Shown here: in pieces, positions 1-12,469 of the stretch
Layout: each line of letters starts with the position of its first letter
Position numbering within the stretch: the first letter of the stretch is position 1
Origin: Eledone cirrhosa
Lineage: Eukaryota
Reading direction: 5' to 3'
Assembly (NCBI GenBank): GCA_964016885.1
Contig: OZ024744.1
Location: 93,558,001 to 93,622,000 of the forward strand
Length of the DNA stretch: 64,000 bases
The notes under the pieces: generated by a model
What the model was told of the DNA's origin: nothing
What the model saw: the letters and a program-made list of their open reading frames with translations, nothing else
Databases searched by the model: none
Position numbers and translations under genes: made by a program

Positions 1-155
1 ACCATTTGAAGAAGGTTGCTGCTGATGAGGTAATTTATTAATCAGATTGCGCAGTTCCATAACCTCAGTCTGGAGCTGCGGGATTTGATTAATACGTTTG
101 ATTTGTTCAATTTCTCATCCAAATCTCAACAATATCAGTATATACACTAGATTTG

Positions 156-192
156 CTAGCAGAAAACCGCCCACCGGGTGGTTTTCTGCTAG
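156..192. repeat. 37-bp hairpin ending in CTAG on both strands (Helitron 3'-terminus-like)
   Basis: CTAGCAGAAAACCGCCC-ACC-GGGTGGTTTTCTGCTAG: 17-bp arms with one G/T mismatch, directly before the TC start of the Helitron. Confidence 0.75.
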
Positions 193-561
193 TCTATATA
201 TATAAAACAAAGAATGTCTGTGTATCTGTTTCCCTAAAACTCGAGAACTACCCAACGATTTCTTTTCAAACTTTACACATGTAATACGTATAGCCCTGTG
301 AGTGTTTTGAGCAAAAAAAAATTTTCAAATTATTTAGTCCTAGGGATCGAATTAGTGAAGTGGCCAATGTCTGTCCATAATGAGGGAGTGAGAGGGGAGA
401 GAAAGAAACGGAGAGGTGAATAGACGAAGTGGCTCTCTACTCCTCCTCCTCCATCTCCCCATTCGTCACAGCGTTTTTCGATAGAGGGGAGAAATGTGAG
501 TGAATTATAAAGAGAAAGAGTGAGAGTGAAAGAAACAGACAGACTAAAAGAGGGGGATAGC

Positions 562-563
<2 letters not shown>

Positions 564-640
<77 letters not shown>
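564..640. repeat. (GA)n microsatellite inside the Helitron 5' region
   Basis: Direct reading. Confidence 0.95.
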
Positions 641-642
<2 letters not shown>

Positions 643-993
643 GCTGTGTTTGATACATGACAGTGGAAGAGGGGAAGGAAAGCTATAACTAATTAACATG
701 TGTGTGTGTGCATGCGCGCGCGTGTGTGTGAGAGTTTGTGTGTGTACATGCATGTGGCGTTTCACTTACGCCATTTTATTCAGTGGCAACATATTCACTA
801 ACTTACACTCATTCCAACCGCTGCTCTTACTGTTACCCCTCTCCCTATCCATACCCCGGTTAAGATGGCACTCATGGCTTAGCAATTACATAGTCAACCG
901 TTCGGAAATCACATGCATCGGTATTTATTTCAGTGACGAGTTCACTCCTTACTCTACCAGTGAGTTTCAGTGTACTGCTTCCTGCTTTAGGTC

Positions 994-3900
994 ATGCCTC
1001 GAAGGAAGAGATACTCCATTGGCCGAAAAACTGCGAAAGCAGCAACAACAAGAACAGGGCGGGCAAACGAATCGTCAGTGGAATCTGCTATTCAACGGTC
1101 GCAAGATGCTAAACGTGCTGCCACCAGAAGAGCACTTGAAACAGACAACCAACGAACCATTCGCCGAACCGATAATGCCGGTTCAAATTCTGTTGCACGA
1201 GCTGCCAAGACAGAAGACCAGTGTAAAAGACGTCGGAGTACGAATGCTGCGAATACTGCTGCTGCGCGGGCTACACAGACCTCGCAAGAACGAGACATTC
1301 GACTACAATGTAATGCTCGACAAACGGTCTTTGGGCAGGGTATTTCAAGGCCGTGTTGCTCACGGTGGTCCTTAAAAGCATTCGAGTACAACCCTGACTT
1401 TGATTACAGACATGCGAATTGGGTGTATGTCAAAGACGTGCTCTTTCTGCAATGCAAAAAAGTGGCCCGGAGAAACACCTGGCTTGTGTTGCGCAAATGG
1501 AAAAGTAAAATTACGTCCCCTGGAGGATCCACCACAACCGTTGAAGCTCCTATATTCAGACAGTACTGCAGAGTCACAGAATTTCCTGATTTACATCCGG
1601 AGGTATAACTGTGCTTTCCAAATGACATCTTTCGGGGCGAACATTCTCAAGGAAGGTGGATTTATGCCCACATTTAAGGTGAAAGGTCAGGTATACCATA
1701 GAATCGGATCCCTCCAGCCTGCCGCCAATCAAGAACATCAATTTTTGCAGCTGTACTTTGTTGGGAATGTCAACGAGCAGGCAGCCATGAGTAACTCCAT
1801 TTCACCCGGTACCAATGTCGAGTTTATAAGGAAACTTCAAGACATTCTGCACACAGAAAAACAGTTATGTCATTAGATTCAAGTATGCCTTGGAAGCAGA
1901 TACCACAGCCAATTTTAATGTGGTAATTGATGCCTCGAAAATTCCATCTGGGGAGCATCCGGGTCGGTATAATTATCCTGCATGCAATGAAATCGCTGTA
2001 CTTATGCATGGGGGTCAGCATAATCCACGAGACATTGTCCTCAAGCGTCGAGATAGCACTCTTCAGCGAATCAGCGAAACACAGGTCTTACGATGCGCTC
2101 CAGTATCCCCTTCTCTTTGTAAATGGTGAGGACGGAATTCGCCAGCATAATCCAGTAAACTCTCAACACTCCGTCAAAAAACCAGTTTCATGCATGGATT
2201 TCTACTCCCACCGCTTCATGGTTCGCCACGATTCCTTCAATCACCTGCACCAGTCAAGAGACCCACTTCAGCAATTCACCGTTGATATGTGCACAAAAAT
2301 AGAATCGGAGAGACTGTGTTTCATACGGTCACACCAAAGGCAACTGCGGTCCGAGAGCTACATCCATCTCCGAGATGCCATCAACAATGACGCAGCTCCC
2401 AGCAGCGTAGGAAAAGTCTGCATTCTCCCCTCCACCTTTACCGGAAGTCCGCGCTACATGCACGAGAGAACGCAGGATGCTATGACCTACGTACGGCATT
2501 ACGGCAGGCCCGATCTGTTCATCACATTCATTTGCAATCCAAAGTGGAAGGAGTTCGGCGCAGAACTGTTCCAAGGGCAACAGGCCAAAGACAGGCATGA
2601 CCTCCTGGCCCGAGTCTTTCGGCTGAAGCTTATCAATCTTATGGAGCTCATTAAGAGAGGGCAATTCTTTGGCTCAGTAAAGTGCGACATGTACACCGTA
2701 GAGTGGCAGAAGAGGGGCCTACCACATGCCTACAACCTCATTTGGCTGTCAACAAAAATATCTTCAAATGACATTGACAGCATCATCTCCGCAGAGTTTC
2801 CCTATCCGTCTATAGACAAAGACCTCTATGACATAATGAAGACAAACATGGTCCATGGTCTATGTGGGCGGGGTTTCAATTTAAGCTCACCCTGCTTGAA
2901 CGACAATGTCTACAGCAAAAGATTTCCCCGAAAGTTCCTCCAAGAAACCCAGACAGGCGTTGACGGATACCCACTGTACAGGCGATGCCAACCCGGAGAC
3001 GGTGGTTTTACAGCAACAGTTGGACAGCACGAGGTCGACAACAGATGGATAGTGCCATACTGCCCATTTCTTTCCAAGACCTTCGGTGCTCACATCAATG
3101 TCGAGTTCTGTAATTCCGTCAAGTCAATCAAGTACATATGTAAATATGTGAATAAGGGTTCAGACGCTGCTATGTTCGGTCTTCAACAGGACAACAGCCA
3201 TGATGAGGTCACGCAATACCAAGTTGACCGTTACATCAGCAGCAACGAGGCTTTCTGGCATATTTTCGGCTTCCCTATACACCAAAGGCACCCTGCAATT
3301 GAACAGCTCGCAGTCCATCTGGAGAACGGTTAAAGGGTGTACTTCACTGATATTAATGCTGCTCAAATGGTGGAGGAACCACGGAAAACCACCCTCACTG
3401 CATTCTTCAAACTTTGTCAGGCTGATTCATTTGCTCAAACCCTGCTGTATCGTCAGGTGTCATACTATTACACATGGAATAAACAACAATGGCTTCGCAG
3501 AAAGGCAGGTTAGCCTGTAGATGGACATCCTGGCATAAAGTTTGACAGTTGCCTAGGGAGAGTTTACACAGTGCCCCCGAACCAGCATGAGTGCTTCTAC
3601 CTCCGTCTTCTGCTACATGAGGTAAGAGGACCCCACTCCTTTCATGACCTTAGAACTGTCAACGGTTCCATGTGCAGCACTTACAGGGAAGCTTGCTTCA
3701 AGTGCGGTCTGCTAGAAGACGGTGCGCAGTGGGATGCCACTTTATTCGAAGCTGTTGCATCTCAATCGCCTATGCGCCTACGAGCTCTATTTGCAGTACT
3801 GTTGCAAACTTGCGAACTGAGTAATCCTATCTTTTTGTGGCTCAAGTATAAAGATGACTTATCCGAGGACTACAAACGTCAGGTGCAAGTGCAATACGCT

Positions 3901-5434
3901 GAGATGGAACCTACCAGCGACGAGGTCTTCAATCTAGCGTTGATTGACATAGAAGATAGAGTTGCATCACTCGGCGGAAATTATTTGCCCTCATATGGTC
4001 TGCCCCAAACAATCCGTACAGGATCAAACGTACTTCCTACAGCTTTTCTCCGAGAAACGTCTTACGACGTCGATGCTCTTACCAAGTACGTCCTTGAAAC
4101 TGAACCACAACTTCCGGATAAACGTCGTGCTTACACCATTGTTGCCGACCATGTGTGCCACAGAAAAGGAGGTATGTTCTTTCTGGATGCTCCTGCAGGG
4201 ACGGGCAAAACATTTTTAACGAGACTACTTCTTGCAAAAGTCAGGATGCACAAGGACATTGCGGTTGCTGTTGCCTCTTCTGGAATTGCTGCCACTTTGT
4301 TCCCCAGTGGCAGGACCACACACTCCAGTTTTAAATTGCCTCTCAATTTAACAACGTCAGAAACGCCTACTTGCAGCATCAGCAAGACCTCCGACCAGGA
4401 CCAAGTCCTAAAACGATGTCAGCTTATTGTGTTGGATGAGTGCACCTTGCCCCATAAGGGAGCTCTGGACGCATTAAATAGAGCTCTGGACGCATTAAAT
4501 AGGCTCCCATGGGAGGTGTTACGCTTCTGCTTTCGGGTGACTTCAGGCAGACTCTTCCCGTCATTCTCAAAGGCACAAGAGCAGATGAGGTCCAAGCATG
4601 AGAGCTCAATTACACGGCGACCAAACGCCCGCAGAATTTTCACAGGACATTTTGAAACTTGGCGACGGCAAAATACCTCTGGACGCTGCAGGAGAGCTGG
4701 AAGTGTGGCCATTTTCAACCTCAGTTAATTCTGCGAGGGAGCTGAAAGACAAAGTGTTTCCAGATTTGAGAGACAATTACCAGAACCACGCATGGTTGTG
4801 TGAAAGAGCAGTGCTAGCTCCAAAAAACGTTGCTGTTAACAAAACCAACGACCAACTACTGCACTCTCTTCCTGGTGTTCTTCACACTTACAAATCTGTT
4901 GACACGATGCCAGATCCCAATGAAGTGGTGAACTTTCCGCTGGAGTTCCTCAATTCTTTGGAGCCCCCAGGACTACCGCTTCACATGCTTCTCCTTAAAG
5001 TTGGCACCCCTGTAATGCTGCTGCGGAATTTGGAACCACCAAGACTGTGCAACGGGACACGGCTGGCTGTAAAAAAATTGATGGCACATGTAATCGAGGC
5101 AACAATCCTTTCTGGATGCGGAAAATGTGATGATGTCTTCATTCCGAGAATTTCCCTAATTCCCTCGGGAGCAGAAATTCCGTTCACCTTCCGAAGACTC
5201 CAATTTCCGCTTCGGGTCAGTTTTGCTATGCCCATCAACAAGTCCCAAGGCCAGACTCTTTCTGTGGCCGGACATCTTCTGGAAGAACCGTGTTTCTCCC
5301 ACGGACAATTGTACGTTGCGTGCTCTAGAGTGGGAAGCAGGGAAAGTCTTTTCACATTTTCCCGCCGAGGAAAAAGAAGAAACATCGTTTACAACGAGGT
5401 GTTTAAATGCAACAGCGAGGAGATAGGTCCGTAA
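994..5434 (+). pseudogene. Helitron RepHel protein (Zn-finger-like region, HUH Rep, Pif1-family helicase), broken by frameshifts and stops
   Basis: Consecutive ORFs carry CSFCNAKKWPGE..CCANGKV, YGRPDLFITFICNPKW, VEWQKRGLPHAY, KYICKYVNKG, DAPAGTGKTF (Walker A), VASSGIAATL, LIVLDE, LRNLEPPRLCNGTRL and QFPLRVSFAMPINKSQGQT. Confidence 0.95.
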
Positions 5435-6199
5435 TCACCATTTCTTTAGCCAGCCTGATGAGCTTTTAAACAGTCTCTTAACTAAAACGTATGTTTCCCT
5501 CAGTTTAAGGTGATCGCCTTCAGAAAGGAACCCAGCTTGACAATCAGCGCGGCAATTTAAGGTGGCTGAACAAATTGTGAACGCATACAGAGTCATTCTA
5601 ATGGCTGCCAATGAACGCAACTGAAGTCCTTTTTGTGGCCGTTGGAGAACGCAGTCAAAGTCCTTTCAAGGGCTGCAAGTGAACGATCAAACGACCCTTT
5701 TTAGGGCCGAAATTGTTGATGGTGACCCCTCATTTTTAGGGTTATCAGTGAACGCGCACACAACCCTATTTAAGGGGCCCTACTTGAAATTGTTTGACGG
5801 CTACCGCAATGGTAAATTCAAATCATCCAGCATCCGCTAAAAACAGTGTTATAAGCACTACAGTGGACAGACAGGTACGTTATCCCTCTTCTTAACAAGC
5901 CTGGTTTACCTTTACTTATTTTTCCTAACAACATTTGCTTCCTTTGGTTAAAAGTGAACACACACACGAGCCTTTCTTAGCCCCCCCCCCCCCCCCCCCT
6001 TCCTCCATGAAATTGGAAATTTATTTTGCTCACAACTTTTTTTATGAACTCAGAATTGATTTTATCGTGTGTCCCAATTGAAGAATAAATTGAATTTAGA
6101 ATAATACATTTCTATACAATATATTTTGCTCTTTTCTTCTAATATGTAAGGAACAATTTCATTCCCGGGCAACGCCAGGTGCCTATGCTAGTTAATAAT

Positions 6200-7045
6200 A
6201 ATTGTTTCTACTTTTAGCACAAGGCCAGCAATTATCGCAGTGCATTACTGGTACTTTACTTTATCGACCCCGTAAGGATGAAAGGCAAAGTTAACCTCGG
6301 CGGGATTTGAACTCAGAATGGCAAGGGCCGTAACTCTATGCGTCAAAGCATGGCGTCCGACCCTCTACCGATACTGCAAATCCACTAATAATAATGGCTT
6401 CTGATTAAAAAGCACATAGCCAACAAATTTGGGGAGGAGAAGAAAGTTGATTAAATCAACCCCGGTGCATTACTGGTATTTTATTTTATCGACCCCGTAA
6501 GGATGAAAGGCAAAACTAATCTCAGCAGGATTTGAACTTAGAACATAAAGGGACGTAACTCTATGCCGCGAAGCATGTTGTCTGACACTCTACTGATACT
6601 GCCAATAATAATAATTGTATCTACTTTAGGCACAAGGCCAGCAATTATCCCAGTACATTACTGGTACTTTATTTTATCACCCCTGTAAGAATGAAAAGCA
6701 AAGTTAACCTCGGCGGGAGTTTTAACTCAGACCGTAAAGGGCCATAACTCTATGCTGTAAGGTATGGTGTCTGACCCTCTACCGACACTGCCAAACCACC
6801 GCCCTAAATAACTGCCAATAACAATAAAAGTTTCTTAGTTAGGCACAAGGCCAACAAATTTGGGGAGAAGAAAGGTGATTAAATTAACCCCCAGTGCATT
6901 ACTGGTACTTTATTTGAACAATCTCATAAGGATCAAAGGTAAAGCTAACCTCGGCAGGATTTGAACTATGAACGTAAAGGGACATAACTATATGCTGCAG
7001 AGCTTGTTGTCCAATGCTCTACCGATTCTGCCAATACCCCACCCT
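6200..7045 (-). mobile_element. Cluster of four head-to-tail tRNA-derived SINE copies (family A)
   Basis: Each copy is the reverse complement of GGCGGTGGATTGGCAGTATCGGTAGAG..GAGTTCAAATCC..GCCTTTCATCCTTACGGGGTCGATAAAATAAAGTACCAG..GGCCTTGTGCCTAAAGTAGAAACAATTATT (A/B-box-like head, ATT tail). Confidence 0.88.
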
Positions 7046-7679
7046 TATAATAACGAAGAAGATGATGATGATGATGATATTACAACTTTAAAAAAAAAAC
7101 AAGACTGGGATGGGTAAAATTATTCATGGTTAACTTCTCCTTGAAAAATCAAAGTCAAGTGGTAAAATGAATTTTAATTAAAATTACTAAGCAGTGAGGT
7201 GAAACAAAAATCATTTTCTTTAAGGATTAATTCTGGTTGAGAAAGTCAAGGGAGACAACTTTGAAATCCAAATTAAAAATTGATAAGGAAGCATGATCTT
7301 TGGTGAGTAGTTTGATCTTTGGTGAGTAGTTTGATAACTATGACATCAGTCCCTACTGTATGCTACACAATCTATCTTTAATTAATTTTGTTTTCAGAGT
7401 TTTCTCCCTTATCTTTCAAAGGTATTTTGAAAGATTAATTAACATCTTTTGTGTCTAAGGAATCAAATGTATTCAAAAGCAAAAAAAAGCAAACCTTACT
7501 TAGTAAGAAAAATAAAATGGGGAAACAAAAGGAAAGAAAGAATAGGGAAATATAGAAAAGAAAAAAAAGAGAGACAGAGAGAAAAAGAACAGGAAAAGGG
7601 GAGGGGATGGCAAGAGCTCTGGTGTCGCAGAAGAGAGGCATTGGGGGGAGGGTGATTGGGCTTTGGTCCTAGGGCAAGG

Positions 7680-7853
7680 GGGTAGGAGTGCTGCACCCCA
7701 CGGACAAGACAGCAAAAGCATTCCCCCCGACAATGGCCAGTGACACCTGCTGCAACAGCCACCCAACCTCCCAGGGCTCCCTACTCAGATAGGCCGCTGA
7801 CACTCCGATCTTGCGGAGGAGCTCGGCAGTATGAGGTCCAAGTACGCCTGAGG
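7680..7853 (-). mobile_element. 3' coding fragment of a CRE-like RLE non-LTR retrotransposon
   Basis: Minus-strand translation SGVLGPHTAELLRKIG..REPWEVGWLLQQVSLAIVGGNAFAVL resembles the LSLAxxRGNA C-terminus of CRE-type elements and the fragment at 40850-41995. Confidence 0.6.
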
Positions 7854-7864
7854 TTAAACTGACC

Positions 7865-8700
7865 TCAGTATTTATTTTATTGACACCTAAAGGATGAAAG
7901 GTAAAGTTGACTTTGGTGGGATTTGAACTCAGAATGTTGATACGTCCCGTTATATTCTGAGTTTAAATCCTGCCTTGGTCTATATAGACCCGTGCAACCC
8001 TTACTAGCAGGGAGAACAGACGTTAAAACAACAATGATGCTGCTGACGATAATATAATGATAATAATAATGAAATGATTGTGTATAGTGCTCAGGTGCAC
8101 TACAATGCATCAAAGGTGCATGTATAGTACATAGAATAATTGTTTCTACTTTTGGCACAATGCCAGCAATTATCCCAGTGTATTACTGGTACTTTATTTT
8201 ATCGACCCCCGCAAGGATAAAAGGCAAAGTTAACCTTGGTGGGATTTGAACTCAGACCATAAAGGGCCGTAACTCTTTGCTGCAAAGCATGGCGTCAGAC
8301 CCTCTGCCGATACTGCCAATCAACTGGTATAGTATATAGAATAATTGTTTCTACATTTGGCACAAGGCCAGCAATTATCCCAGTGTATTACTGGTACTTT
8401 ATTTGTATATAGAATAATGTACAAATGTCAGGAAAGTGAACAGTGTATGAGTTATGATATGCACACAGACACACCATTATATAAACAATATTATATACAC
8501 ACACCATTTATATAATTGTTTCTACTTTTGGCACAAGGCCAGCAATTATTTCAGTACATTACTGGTACTTTATTTTATCGACCCCGTAAGGATGAAAGGC
8601 AAAGTAAACCTCGGCGGGATTTGAACTCAGACCATAAAGGGACGTAACTACGCTGGAAAGCATATCCTACCCTCTACCGATACTGCCAATTCACCATTCA
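7865..8700 (-). mobile_element. Mosaic of family-A SINE copies and CR1 3'-tail fragments
   Basis: SINE A copies at about 8135-8325 and 8512-8695; CR1 tail segments (gtgctcaggtgcactaca, aatgtacaaatgtcaggaaagtg) match the reverse complement of 45000-45090. Confidence 0.8.
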
Positions 8701-8715
8701 CACACCATTTATATA

Positions 8716-8836
8716 ATGAAAATTATTGTGTACAGTGCTCAGGTGCACTACAACTCATCAAAGGTTCATGTATAGTACATAGTACATAAAATAATGTACA
8801 AATGTCAGGAAAGTGAACAGTGTATGAGTCATGATA

Positions 8837-8872
<36 letters not shown>

Positions 8873-9125
8873 GAAGGGGATATCAGGTGTAGTGTTGGCG
8901 AATTTCAGGAAGCATGGAGGTTTTAAAGGATGCAGTGTCTCGACAGCTAACAACTGATGCAGAGAGTTTTGTTCCATCCTTCAGCAATTCTGAGCGTGAA
9001 AAAAAAGGTTTCTGAAAGTCATGGGAGCTGTGCTGCTTTCTGACTTTGTAGGGATGTCCACAGGTGTTAGACACATGGAATTCAAAAAAGATGCTCAGGG
9101 TTGTTGTTGGCAAGATGATAAACAT
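8716..9125 (-). mobile_element. 5'-truncated CR1 LINE 3' end
   Basis: Encodes FEFHVSNTCGHPYKVRKQHSSHDF..SVVSCRDTASFKTSMLPEIRQHYT, nearly identical to the C-terminus of the CR1 ORF at 43214-44992. Confidence 0.9.
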
Positions 9126-9375
9126 TTTACAATGAGTTGTTTTTGTATTGTAAATCCAAGGTATTTTCAGGTGTTTTTGGTAACAAAAGGATTAATTTAC
9201 CTGTGCTGAATTGACACACCTCAAATTCCTTAATCAATGAATACAGGGAAAATGATTAAATAAGTATAATATGTACCTGTGGTGTATAATTTAAATAAAA
9301 ACACACACACAAAACAAAAGGGCTGTGAAGGTAATAATGTTATGATCTCACCCTATGGAAGAATTGACTGAGAGT

Positions 9376-10437
9376 CAGGTGGTGGTGGTGGTGGTGTGTA
9401 GTTGTGGTGGTGATGGTGGTTGGTTGTGGTGGTAGTTGCAATGGTGGTGTGTGTGGTAGTGGTGGTGGTGGTGGTGGTGGTGGTGGTGATGGTAGTTGTG
9501 GTAGTGGTGGTGGCAGTGGTTGTGGTGGTGGTGATGGTAGTTGTGGTAGTGTTGGTGGTGGTAGTGTGTAGTTGTGGTGGTGATGGTGTGTAGTTGTGGT
9601 GGTGATGGTGGTGGTAGTTGCAATGGTGGTGTGTGTGGTAGTGGTGGTGGTGGTGGTGGTGATGGTAGTTGTGGTAGTGGTGGTGGCAGTGGTTGTGGTG
9701 GTGGTGATGGTAGTTGTGGTAGTGTTGGTGGTGGTGGTGTGTAGTTGTGGTGGTGATGGTGGGTGGTTGTGGTGGTAGTTGCAATGGTGGTGTGTGTGGT
9801 AGTGGTGGTGGTGGTGGTGGTGATGGTAGTTGTGGTAGTGGTAGTTGCAATGGTGGTGTGTGTGGTAGTGGTGGTGGTGGTGGTGGTGGTGGCGGTGATG
9901 GTAGTTCTGGTAGTGGTGGTGGCAGTGGTTGTGGTGGTGGTGATGGTAGTTGTGGTAGTGTTGGTGGTGGTAGTGTGTAGTTGTGGTGGTGGTGGTGGTA
10001 GTGGTGATGGTAGTTGTGGTAGTGGTGGTGGCAGTGGTTGTGGTGGTGGTGATGGTAGTTGTGGTAGTGTTGGTGGTGGTAGTGTGTAGTTGTGGTGGTG
10101 ATGGTGGTGGTGGTGGTGGTGGTGGTGGTAGGGAGGGTTTAATGGTGTTGATGGTAGTTGCAATGGTGATGTGTGTGTGGTAGTGGTGGTGGTGGCGATG
10201 GTAGTGTTGGTGGCGTATGTTGTAGTTGTGGTGGTGATGGTTGTGGTGGTGATGGTTGTGGTGGTGATGGTTGTGGTGGTGGTGGTGTGTGGGAGTTGTG
10301 ATGGTGTGTGTTGTAGTTGTGGTTATGGTGGTGTGTATTGTAGTGGTGATGATGTTGTGCGTGTGTGAGTGTGTGGTAGTTGTGGTAATGGTGGTTGTGG
10401 TGCTGCTAGTGCTGTTGCTGGTGATGGTGGAGTAGTG

Positions 10438-10518
<81 letters not shown>

Positions 10519-10537
10519 ATAGTGGTAGTAGTGGTGA

Positions 10538-10599
<62 letters not shown>

Positions 10600-10618
10600 A
10601 TAGTGGTAGTAGTGGTGA

Positions 10619-10692
<74 letters not shown>

Positions 10693-10772
10693 ATGGTGGA
10701 GTAGTGGTAGTAGTGGTGACGGTGGTGGTTGTGATGGTGGTAGTAGTTGTAGTAGTGGTAGTACCGGTGATG

Positions 10773-10814
<42 letters not shown>

Positions 10815-11030
10815 ATAATGGTAGTAGTGGTAGTAGTGGTGATGGTGGTAGTTGTGATGGTGGTAGTAGTAGTAGTGGTAGTAGTTGTAGTACTGGTAGT
10901 ACCGGTGATGGTGGTGGTGGTGGTGGTGGTGGTGGTGGTGGTGGTTGTAGTGGTGATGATGGTGGTGGTGGTTGTAGTGGTGATGGTGGTGGTGGTGGTG
11001 GTTGTAGTGGTGATGGTGGTTGGTGGTTGT
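9376..11030. repeat. Compound (GGT/GTA)n trinucleotide tract with recurring longer modules
   Basis: Direct reading; modules such as gtagttgcaatggtggtgtgtgtggtagt and ggtggcagtggttgtggtggtggtgatggtagttgtggtagtgttgg recur 3-4 times. Confidence 0.95.
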
Positions 11031-11450
11031 ATTATGGGTGAGATTACGTTTGATCTTCTAATGAACCAAATTTATATGGCTATTTATACGAACATTGAAA
11101 AGACATTCAAATAAATGGTAATTGCAATGAATTGTATGTAATATAAGGGTCTGATTCTCATGGAAAACTGTGTCAATAACCTGGTTTCAATCCTAAAAAA
11201 TCCTGAAGACATTAAAATGGTGATTATGGTAGATTGTGTGTGACGGGGTCGTAATTCTCAGCAAAAGGAGTCGATAAGCTAGTTTAAGTTCTGAAAGTTC
11301 CAACTAGAATTGACTAAATATTCTGTGATATTCATACATTTTACTAATTTACCATTTCCAACATATTACTACTGTATAAATCACCCTCCCTGCCCCCCAC
11401 CCCCAAGGGCAATTTCTAGGCACAATAATTTTTTTCGACACGCAGTTGCG

Positions 11451-11505
<55 letters not shown>

Positions 11506-11569
11506 ATGTGTCTGTGTGTAGATTGTACACGCAAGTGTAGTGAATGTTAGATGCTGTTTTCTGTAGTTT

Positions 11570-11980
11570 GTCATCACCCCTTCCTTCCTCAGTCATCTCT
11601 AGTGTGTGACGTCACCACCCCTTCCTACCTCAGTCATGTCTAGTGTGTGACGTCATCCCCCCTTCCTACCTCAGTCATCTCTAGTGTGTGACGCCACCAC
11701 CCCTTCCTTCCTCAGTCATCTCTAGTGTGTGACGTCATCACCCCTTCCTTCCTCAGTCATCTCTAGTGTGTGACGTCATCCCCCCTTACTTCCTCAGTCA
11801 TCTCTAGTGTGCGACGTCATCACCCCTTCCTTCCTCAGTCATCCCTAGTGTGTGACGTCATCACCCCTTCCTTCCTCAGTCATCTCTAGTGTGTGACGTC
11901 ATTACCCCTTCCTTCCTCAGTCATCTCTAGTGTGTGACGTCATCACCCCTTCCTTCCTCAATCATGTCTAGCATGTGACG
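11570..11980. repeat. 41-bp minisatellite, about 10 units
   Basis: Unit gtcatcaccccttccttcctcagtcatctctagtgtgtgac; the core recurs at 11607, 11648, 11689 ... 11935. Confidence 0.95.
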
Positions 11981-12021
11981 GAAGGAGAGACAGACGGAAG
12001 TCACTCAAATTTATATATAGA
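11570..12021 (-). mobile_element. Probable non-autonomous Helitron 5' part carrying the 41-bp array
   Basis: Minus strand begins A|TCTATATATAAATTTGAGTGACTTCCGTCTGTC, the same start style as the Helitron at 193; the 3' end was not located. Confidence 0.5.
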
Positions 12022-12314
12022 TTATATAGCAATCTACTATGCCATTAAAAAAAAAATCTAATCCTGGATAAACCCTAAAACCCTCAACATTTATGCTGGT
12101 TTAATTTGAGCCAAATTATCCATACTGATCAAGCATGGGCTGCACAACATGATCCCATAGTCAGATGATTAATCTTGGCTCTAATCACCCAGGTGAGATT
12201 TGAACTCAGAATGATGCAAAGAGCCAGAAAAGAGACTACAAAATATTTCAAGCTACTACAAGGTATTTCGTGTAAAGAACCCTAACAATTCTGCCAATTC
12301 ACCACATTTGATCC

Positions 12315-12462
12315 TCACATAATATCGAATCTATGAGATTTTGATAATATTTATTTTGAGAACAATATCTTAACATAAGTATGAGCAGCCGGTTATGGCC
12401 AGTTTGAAAAGAAAGCGGTGAGAGAATTCTGGCCAGATATGGCTGGTTTAAATGCTAAAGGG
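12315..12462 (+). mobile_element. Partial piggyBac-type MITE (family 1), right end
   Basis: Matches the right half of 34909-35116; ends AATGCTAAAGGG|TTAA. Confidence 0.8.
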
Positions 12463-12469
12463 TTAAAAC

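Larger units (their letters stand above)
193..6191 (+). mobile_element. Full-length decayed Helitron (rolling-circle transposon)
   Basis: 5' end TCTATATATATAAAAC at 193; 3' subterminal GC-rich hairpin CCCGGGCAACGCCAGG (6164-6179), then CTAG|T at 6188-6192; Rep-helicase remnants inside. Confidence 0.92.

Noticed and set aside
1-135. Possible exon end or ORF1 fragment at the window edge
   Set aside because: Too short and truncated to assign; no recognisable motif
698-1375. 225-aa ORF as a captured host gene
   Set aside because: Starts in a (GT)n tract and overlaps the RepHel N-terminus in another frame
5455-5490. CTGATGA hammerhead core in the Helitron 3' region
   Set aside because: No stem II followed by GAAA
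9353-11114. Long His/Thr/Pro/Val/Gly-rich ORFs
   Set aside because: Translations of GGT/GTA triplet tracts, open in several frames on both strands; no sign of real coding
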